This document shows, piece after piece, positions 58,418 through 64,000 of a stretch of 64,000 nt of DNA (the stretch's first letter is position 1; the number at the start of each line of letters is the position of its first letter). The stretch covers positions 35,365 through 99,364 of the forward strand of contig CAZOWJ010000002.1 in NCBI GenBank assembly GCA_964583415.1, written 5' to 3'. Below the pieces are notes generated by a model. That model was not told the origin of the DNA. It did not search any database and worked only from the letters and a program-made list of their open reading frames with translations. A program made the position numbers and the translations under genes. Source of the DNA: an uncultured Desulfocapsaceae bacterium (lineage in GTDB: Bacteria > Desulfobacterota > Desulfobulbia > Desulfobulbales > Desulfocapsaceae).

Positions 58418-59143
58418 TTATTGCCTGATAATTTCAGTTCCTTCAGGTGGGGTAAAAGAAAACAGTTGTTCAATTTCTTCATGTTGCCCCGGTTGAAGAG
58501 GGTCAACTGATATGTTGGATATATTGATGGTGGTTCTGGTGTCAAAATGATCGATAAACTCGATTCGGCGAATAAGAGATTCGGCAGTGACATAGAGATG
58601 AATGATCGTGATTTGAGAATCAGAATCTTTCGGTACAAGATATATCACTTTCAAATCAGTCGATGAACCTTCAGCTTCATCAGATACAGCCGGTTCTGAA
58701 TCCAGAATGGTAAAACTGTTCTCAAGCGGGCCCTGTCCGGCAAAAAAAGAAAATAATATATCTGCCTGGCCTTGGTCGACCGGGGCAATGATCATCTGGT
58801 TCAGCTCCTCAAAATACATTGAAATTGTTTTGCCATCGCTGATGAGAACCTGGCGATCGGGGCTGTTATAATTCCAGCGCATTTTCTCCCCGGTATCAGT
58901 CCTGACGAAAATCCCGTTGCCTCTGCCTGTCTTCGGCCTGCCGATCATCTGTCCTTTTGTTGTCTGGATGAATGAGAATGAAAGACTCTCCACCTGGCTG
59001 TAATAGTTCTGCAAACGGACTGCTACCTCTGCTGAGGTTTCAGATCCTGAGGCGGTTATGGCGAAAAGAGACGAAGCTGGCATCAGTAGCCAAAAGAATA
59101 TGACAGTGATCGTCACCAGGATGAATCTGGAGTAGATTTTCAT
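58418..59143 (-). CDS. LolA-like outer-membrane lipoprotein carrier protein
   Basis: Signal peptide. The F.F.Q......... pattern, size and beta-rich sequence fit the family. Confidence 0.55.
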   Translation of the reverse strand: MKIYSRFILVTITVIFFWLLMPASSLFAITASGSETSAEVAVRLQNYYSQVESLSFSFIQTTKGQMIGRPKTGRGNGIFVRTDTGEKMRWNYNSPDRQVLISDGKTISMYFEELNQMIIAPVDQGQADILFSFFAGQGPLENSFTILDSEPAVSDEAEGSSTDLKVIYLVPKDSDSQITIIHLYVTAESLIRRIEFIDHFDTRTTINISNISVDPLQPGQHEEIEQLFSFTPPEGTEIIRQ

Positions 59144-59339
59144 GAAGTGCTAAAACGTTCCTACGAGTGCGCGTGGATTTTCATTAGAATTTAACTGCCC
59201 CAACAATAAACTGTTTTTTATCTGGCTGAAAACCGTTTTGATCACCCATGGTTCATTGAAAACGGCAGACGGCTGTATTGAATGAGCAGCGAACTGGAGA
59301 GCTGTCAACCAGCAGACCGAACGATCAGTAAAACAACTA

Positions 59340-59813
59340 TTATTTTACCGTTCTTTTTCTCGTTGTCTGGCGTTTCGTTGCGGCAGATGCTTTTTTACGT
59401 GCTGCAATAGCTTTTTTCAAGGCATCGGGTATTCCTCTCTCCTTTCCAGATTTTTTTCTCTTTTCGGAGAGTGCTTTAGCACAAAGAGGCTGACGCAGAG
59501 AAAAACCATATTTAACCCGGTATTCTCTTCCCGTCAACCCATGTGATCGAAGATGTTTTGGAGAGAGCATCTTGAATTCTTCACCACATTCAAGACAGAT
59601 AATTTTATTTTTCAGGATGGATTTTTGTGGGCTTATCTGAGGAGTCGCAGATGACAGTTCTTCATCTTCTTCTCCTGATTCAAGTTTTTGTAATCCTTGC
59701 AATGTCTCAAACGTTTTCTGCAGTGCAGACTGCATCTCATCGATTGACATATCTTTTGCACTTCCTTGTGCCTGGATAATTTCTGCCGCCATTTCTACGA
59801 GAGTTTTTGCCAT
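59340..59813 (-). CDS. MucR/Ros-family zinc-finger transcriptional regulator
   Basis: CLECGEEFKMLSPKHLRSHGLTGREYRVKYGF is the Ros/MucR zinc-finger signature. Start at MAKTLVEMAAEII with RBS GAGG. Confidence 0.85.
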   Translation of the reverse strand: MAKTLVEMAAEIIQAQGSAKDMSIDEMQSALQKTFETLQGLQKLESGEEDEELSSATPQISPQKSILKNKIICLECGEEFKMLSPKHLRSHGLTGREYRVKYGFSLRQPLCAKALSEKRKKSGKERGIPDALKKAIAARKKASAATKRQTTRKRTVK

Positions 59814-60129
59814 GGTAATTACCTCAAGAGGTGAAATTGATAACAACAATATTATTCTAATAGTAAAGAGAGTAAATCTTAAAGAAGATAAAATCAACCT
59901 CATCAATAACATTCATAAAAATTCAATAAAAATAGCTGGTAAACTGCAAAATATGTAGATAATAATTTGTTTTTTAATACTAACATGGTAGCTGGTAGAT
60001 TTTCGAATCAGATATTGACATCGGATTATAAGAGAATTAGATTAGCCACCGGAAAAATATAAACCTAAACCGGCCATGTTTGGCTCATTGATGAATAAGC
60101 CTGATGGTCTGTATTGACGGAGTTGTTCA

Positions 60130-60411
60130 ATGCCTGTTTATGAGTATGAATGTAGAGAGTGTGAGAAAGTTTTTGAAATTCAGCAGAAAATGGCAGATGC
60201 ACCGTTGACTGTCTGTCCTGACTGCACCGGACCTGTGACGAAACTGATATCAATGAATTCGTTCCAGCTAAAGGGTGGCGGCTGGTATGCAGACGGTTAC
60301 GCTTCTCCCGGAGATGGAAAGGATAAGAGTGAGTCCAAACCTGCGGTACCGCCATGTAAACCTGACGCTGGCTGCAAGGGATGTCCTGCTGCTGCAACGG
60401 GTAGCTCGTAG
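60130..60411 (+). CDS. FmdB-family zinc-ribbon protein
   Basis: MPVYEYECRECEKVFE....M.....CPDCTGPV.KLIS. Confidence 0.8.
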   Translation: MPVYEYECRECEKVFEIQQKMADAPLTVCPDCTGPVTKLISMNSFQLKGGGWYADGYASPGDGKDKSESKPAVPPCKPDAGCKGCPAAATGSS

Positions 60412-60475
60412 TCTTTGCCTCAAACAGCCCCGGCACCTGACAACTCGACCGGGTATGCGAGGTGTCGATCAATTC

Positions 60476-61564
60476 TCAGGAAATAATAGCCATTGCATCT
60501 CCGTACGAATAGAATCGGTAATCGTGGTTGATGGCAGTGTGGTAGCAGTCCAGTAATTGTTCCCTTCCGCACAATGCGGCCACCAGGAACATCAAAGAGG
60601 ACTGTGGAAGGTGAAAATTTGTAATAAGATTATCAATTACTCTGAATGTAAACCCCGGGGTAATATAGAGATCACACCAGCCATTGAAGGGGACCACCAT
60701 TCCGCTTTCGTCAATACTGTGTTCCAAGGCGCGAACGGAGGTTGTACCGACTGCCCAGACTTTTCCTCCAGCCCGTTTCACGCTATTTATACTATCTGCA
60801 CTTTGTGCTGGAATATCTATATGCTCCCTGTGGATACTATGCTGCATAATATCATCCACCTCTACGGGGGAAAAGGTGCCATACCCGACATGAAGGGTGA
60901 TCGGTGCGATTTTAACGCCCTTTAACCGCAAATCGTTAAGCAGGGTTTGGGTGAAGTGCAGTCCGGCGGTGGGGGCGGCGACCGCACCCACCTGGTCTGC
61001 ATAAACGGTCTGATATCTGGTTACATCATCTGAGGAGGTTCCATGGGAGCGGCTGATGTAGGGCGGCAGTGGAATATCCCCGCTGTTCGCCAGTACGTCA
61101 TCCAGGCCGGCTGCTTTTGGTATTGAAAGTACGATTGACCATCTTCCCCGACCACTGTTCTGGAGCAGCCTGCAGTGACAATTTTCATTGATGATTACTG
61201 ATGATCGCGGTTGTGGCTTTCGTGAACTTTTGATGAGTGCTTCACAGGAATATTGAAGGAATCCCGGATCTGATGAGTCCTCTGCGATCGGCCTGGGATA
61301 ACCAAGTAAAAAGACCTCTGCCTTGCCGCCTGTTTTTTTTCTGCCAAAGAGCCGGGCAGGAAAAACTCTGGTATCGTTAATGACCAGTATATCGCCTTCC
61401 TGGATAAGCTGTCTGATATCTGAAAAAAGTAAATGTTCAACGCAATCTCTCTTCTGGTCTAAAGCCAGAAGTCGCGATTGATCGCGCCTGTCGACAGGGT
61501 GCTGGGCAATATTTTTTTCCGGCAGGTTGTAATCATACGCCTGCAGTATTAAATCATCTTGCAT
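60476..61564 (-). CDS. queA: S-adenosylmethionine:tRNA ribosyltransferase-isomerase
   Basis: YDYNLPEKNIAQHP...RDQSRLL, LPPYI and TAGLHFT. Confidence 0.9.
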   Translation of the reverse strand: MQDDLILQAYDYNLPEKNIAQHPVDRRDQSRLLALDQKRDCVEHLLFSDIRQLIQEGDILVINDTRVFPARLFGRKKTGGKAEVFLLGYPRPIAEDSSDPGFLQYSCEALIKSSRKPQPRSSVIINENCHCRLLQNSGRGRWSIVLSIPKAAGLDDVLANSGDIPLPPYISRSHGTSSDDVTRYQTVYADQVGAVAAPTAGLHFTQTLLNDLRLKGVKIAPITLHVGYGTFSPVEVDDIMQHSIHREHIDIPAQSADSINSVKRAGGKVWAVGTTSVRALEHSIDESGMVVPFNGWCDLYITPGFTFRVIDNLITNFHLPQSSLMFLVAALCGREQLLDCYHTAINHDYRFYSYGDAMAIIS

Positions 61565-61643
61565 AGTCTATTATGGTTAAGTACAAGAAAGGTCTGAGTC
61601 AATCACCATTCATCATCCTTTCATTGGAAACAGGTTAGATAAC

Positions 61644-62315
61644 ATGCTCTTGGTCCTTGCCGCAACTGAATTTGAAATGATGTCATTTAAATCATCCATG
61701 CTTGGAAGTGATGATCAGGTAATGATGGCTGTTTGCGGTGTCGGCCCCGTTGAATCGGCGGTTGGTGTTATGCGGTTACTGGGTGAACATGCTGCAGAGA
61801 TCAAATATGTTGTGAACTTCGGCATCGGCGGTGCTTACCTTGGGGCACCCAATGATCATGGTCTCGGCCTGCTTGATATCTGTCTGGCAGAATCAGAAGT
61901 CCTGGGAGATTATGGCGTCTGTTACGGCAATGAGGTAGAACCCTTTGCAGACCAGGAATTGGCCGGCAAAATGGAATTTACTTTGAGTAATGATCTGCTC
62001 GATTGTGCCCGGCGGGAACTGAGTGATAAAAAGCTCGATTTCTTTTCCGGCCCGTTTGTGACCGTCAACGGTGCGAGCGGTACTGCTGAGCGAGGCAGAT
62101 TCATAAAGAGACGGTTCAAAGGAATCTGTGAAAATATGGAAGGAGCAGCGATCGCCCGGTGCTGTGAAATGTTCGCTCTTCCCATGATCGAGGCAAGAGT
62201 TGTCTCAAATATGGTAGAAGACCGACCGGGTGAACCATGGAAACTGAAAGAGGCCTGCAGTCGTTCGGGGTATATTGCTTCACTGATCGTGCACAGGCTT
62301 AAGGATCTGCTATGA
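61644..62315 (+). CDS. mqnB: Futalosine hydrolase (PNP/UDP-phosphorylase fold)
   Basis: MLLVLAATEFEM...CGVGPVE...ENMEGAA. It is coupled by an overlap to the next mqn gene. Confidence 0.7.
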   Translation: MLLVLAATEFEMMSFKSSMLGSDDQVMMAVCGVGPVESAVGVMRLLGEHAAEIKYVVNFGIGGAYLGAPNDHGLGLLDICLAESEVLGDYGVCYGNEVEPFADQELAGKMEFTLSNDLLDCARRELSDKKLDFFSGPFVTVNGASGTAERGRFIKRRFKGICENMEGAAIARCCEMFALPMIEARVVSNMVEDRPGEPWKLKEACSRSGYIASLIVHRLKDLL

Positions 62316-63151
62316 AACCTCTGACAATCGGTTTTTCTCCATGCCCCAATGATACTTTTATTTTCAACAGGATGGTTAATTCCGTGCCTCAGCCCGGGGA
62401 TCCTCTATTTGAGCAGCCTCATCTGGAAGATGTGGAGACCCTCAATCAATGGGCATTTGAACATCGACTCGATGTTACTAAGCTTTCCTACCATGCCGTC
62501 GGTCATCTCCTGGAGGAATACTGTGTGCTACCGTCTGGTGGAGCACTTGGACGAGGATGTGGCCCGCTTTTGCTAGCAGGCAATGACGTTTCCGTTGATG
62601 ATCTGGCCCGGAAACGAATTGCCATACCAGGTAAATATACAACGGCGGCCCTGCTTTTCCGCTTGTTTCTGCCGGAATGCACCGCTCTTGTTGAAATACG
62701 CTTTGAGCAGATAATGGACGCCATCAGCAACGGAGAGGTGGACGCTGGTGTGATTATTCACGAGAGTAGATTTACGTACCAATCCCACGGATTAAAGTGT
62801 TTGCAGGATCTTGGGCAGTGGTGGGAAAACACCAGTGAAATGGCCATTCCCCTTGGGTGCATTGCTGTACGCAGGAGCCTTGGAATACCTCTAATAACTA
62901 AAATTGACAGGCTGATCAAAGCCAGTTTAAACTGGGCCTACTCCAACCGGGGAGAGGGCCTTGCCTATATAAATCAATATGCTCAGGAGACCGAAGAGGA
63001 TGTTATCCAGAGCCATATTAACTTGTATGTTAACGATTTTTCTTACGATCTGGGAGAAGAGGGGCGCTGTGCGGTAGAGACATTTCTCTCACGTGCTCGA
63101 GACGAAAAGATTTTGCCTGTGTCCTCTCAACCAATTTTTTGTCTCTCATAA
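62312..63151 (+). CDS. mqnD: 1,4-dihydroxy-6-naphthoate synthase (MqnA/MqnD family)
   Basis: N-terminal IGFSPCPNDTFIF and LDVTKLSYHA are typical of MqnD rather than MqnA. Confidence 0.7.
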   Translation: MKPLTIGFSPCPNDTFIFNRMVNSVPQPGDPLFEQPHLEDVETLNQWAFEHRLDVTKLSYHAVGHLLEEYCVLPSGGALGRGCGPLLLAGNDVSVDDLARKRIAIPGKYTTAALLFRLFLPECTALVEIRFEQIMDAISNGEVDAGVIIHESRFTYQSHGLKCLQDLGQWWENTSEMAIPLGCIAVRRSLGIPLITKIDRLIKASLNWAYSNRGEGLAYINQYAQETEEDVIQSHINLYVNDFSYDLGEEGRCAVETFLSRARDEKILPVSSQPIFCLS

Positions 63152-63166
63152 TTCTTGCGGCCAAAA

Positions 63167-64000
63167 ATGTTACCTGATTACCTCCCCATTATTCAAGTGA
63201 GCCAGTTTCATGGTGATGGACAGATTCGGTCTCGGCTTCTTGATGCGCTCCGCGAAGAGATCGCTCAAAAGGGAGTGAGAGTCAGTGTGGTTGGCCAACT
63301 TGTGCAACATCCCAGTGACACCAGTGTCGATACTCGTGTTATTGAGGACATTATCAGCGCTGATCTGCTTGTCGTAAATGGACCATGTGATATAGATTGT
63401 GCGCAATTAGTTCTTGGGCATCATACCGATATCGGTATGAATGCAGCGGCCACTCACCCACCTTACACCTGTCTGGAGATTTCCGATGTTGCAGTATGCG
63501 CGGACACTATTTTCAAATGGCTTACAAGGTGCATGAAAAGTACTCCACTCTGCGGATGTATCCTCATTGGTGGCAGGAGCTCACGAATGGGGAGCCCGAA
63601 GCATCTCATTGATGACGGGGGTGGAAGGAGCTGGCTCAAGCGGTCAGTAGACTTCTTGTCTGCCCATGTCTCGAATATAGTGATTTCCGGCAATGGGGAA
63701 ATACCACAGGGACTCAATTCGCTAGAGCGAATTGATGATCTTCCCGGTGTATCCGGTCCGCTGGCAGGAATCTCTGCTGTGGTAAAACACTATCCATTTG
63801 TGTCGTGGATTGTCATGGCCTGTGATATGCCGGATATTTCAGTTGAGAGCATCAGGTGGCTTATTGACCAGCAGAGACCAGGGCGGCTGGCTGTTATACC
63901 GCACAACCCGTTAACTGACAGGGGTGAGCCGCTCTTTGGCTGGTATGATTTCCGCTGTGCGCCTCTTTTTGATTCTCAGGCAAGGAAAGGTGAGATGAGA
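63167..64000 (+). CDS. mobA: Fusion of a MobB-like domain (degenerate P-loop) with molybdenum cofactor guanylyltransferase MobA, 3' end outside the window
   Basis: This ORF has no stop before the window end and is absent from the track. ATG 63167 is open for 278 codons. The C-terminal half reads LIGGRSSRMGSPKHL...GPLAGI...ACDMP (MobA). The N-terminal ~130 aa parallels MobB (..RVSVV..H, DLLVVNG, LEISDVAVCADTIFKWL), but GDGQIRS replaces GSGKTT. Confidence 0.7.
   Translation, partial: MLPDYLPIIQVSQFHGDGQIRSRLLDALREEIAQKGVRVSVVGQLVQHPSDTSVDTRVIEDIISADLLVVNGPCDIDCAQLVLGHHTDIGMNAAATHPPYTCLEISDVAVCADTIFKWLTRCMKSTPLCGCILIGGRSSRMGSPKHLIDDGGGRSWLKRSVDFLSAHVSNIVISGNGEIPQGLNSLERIDDLPGVSGPLAGISAVVKHYPFVSWIVMACDMPDISVESIRWLIDQQRPGRLAVIPHNPLTDRGEPLFGWYDFRCAPLFDSQARKGEMR

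Noticed and set aside
1-64000. I scanned the whole window for tRNA, rRNA, tmRNA, RNase P RNA and CRISPR arrays, using T-loop GGTTCGAATCC-type strings, RNase P GGAAAGTCCGGGCT, tmRNA 5' GGGGCTGA, and regularly spaced direct repeats.
   Set aside because: I found no convincing matches by eye. tRNAscan-SE, Infernal and a CRISPR finder would be needed to make the absence definitive.

Overview
The window holds about 60 protein-coding genes at high coding density. I found no rRNA, tRNA or CRISPR array. The gene content includes many sigma-54 enhancer-binding proteins with PAS domains, a tungsten-type aldehyde:ferredoxin oxidoreductase, futalosine-pathway mqn genes, an NrfD-type membrane subunit and a UGA-containing redox protein. 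I infer an anaerobic deltaproteobacterium of the Desulfobulbales or Desulfobacterota type; this is not proven.

Most of 41-64 kb is ordinary housekeeping: mltD, NUDIX, zapB-like/zapA, rny, tyrS, fur-family, pal, skp, yicC, remA, gmk, rlmB, S1, lolA-like, mucR, queA, mqnB/mqnD and mobA.

The unusual material is concentrated in 1-29 kb:
1. A peroxiredoxin-like gene is split by the ORF track but reads through an in-frame TGA exactly where the family has the first Cys of CxxC, with a SECIS-like hairpin. It is a likely selenoprotein.
2. A PAS histidine kinase and NtrC-type sigma-54 regulator are followed by a -24/-12 promoter and two tandem paralogous roughly 70-aa hydrophobic proteins I cannot place. 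Next come an FtsH paralog and a membrane sensor whose DHp domain copies the kinase's but has Asn in place of the phospho-His and has no ATPase domain.
3. Two copies of a 230-310 bp element with imperfect terminal inverted repeats bracket an ilvN-aminotransferase-ALS-PilZ segment.
4. There are several decay signatures: a frameshifted IS3-family orfA remnant, a roughly 155-bp repeat derived from it, and orphan gene fragments (GlgC-like N-terminus, CCG-domain C-terminus, Fe-ADH C-terminus).

Functional calls rest on motif recognition by eye. No database search was run.
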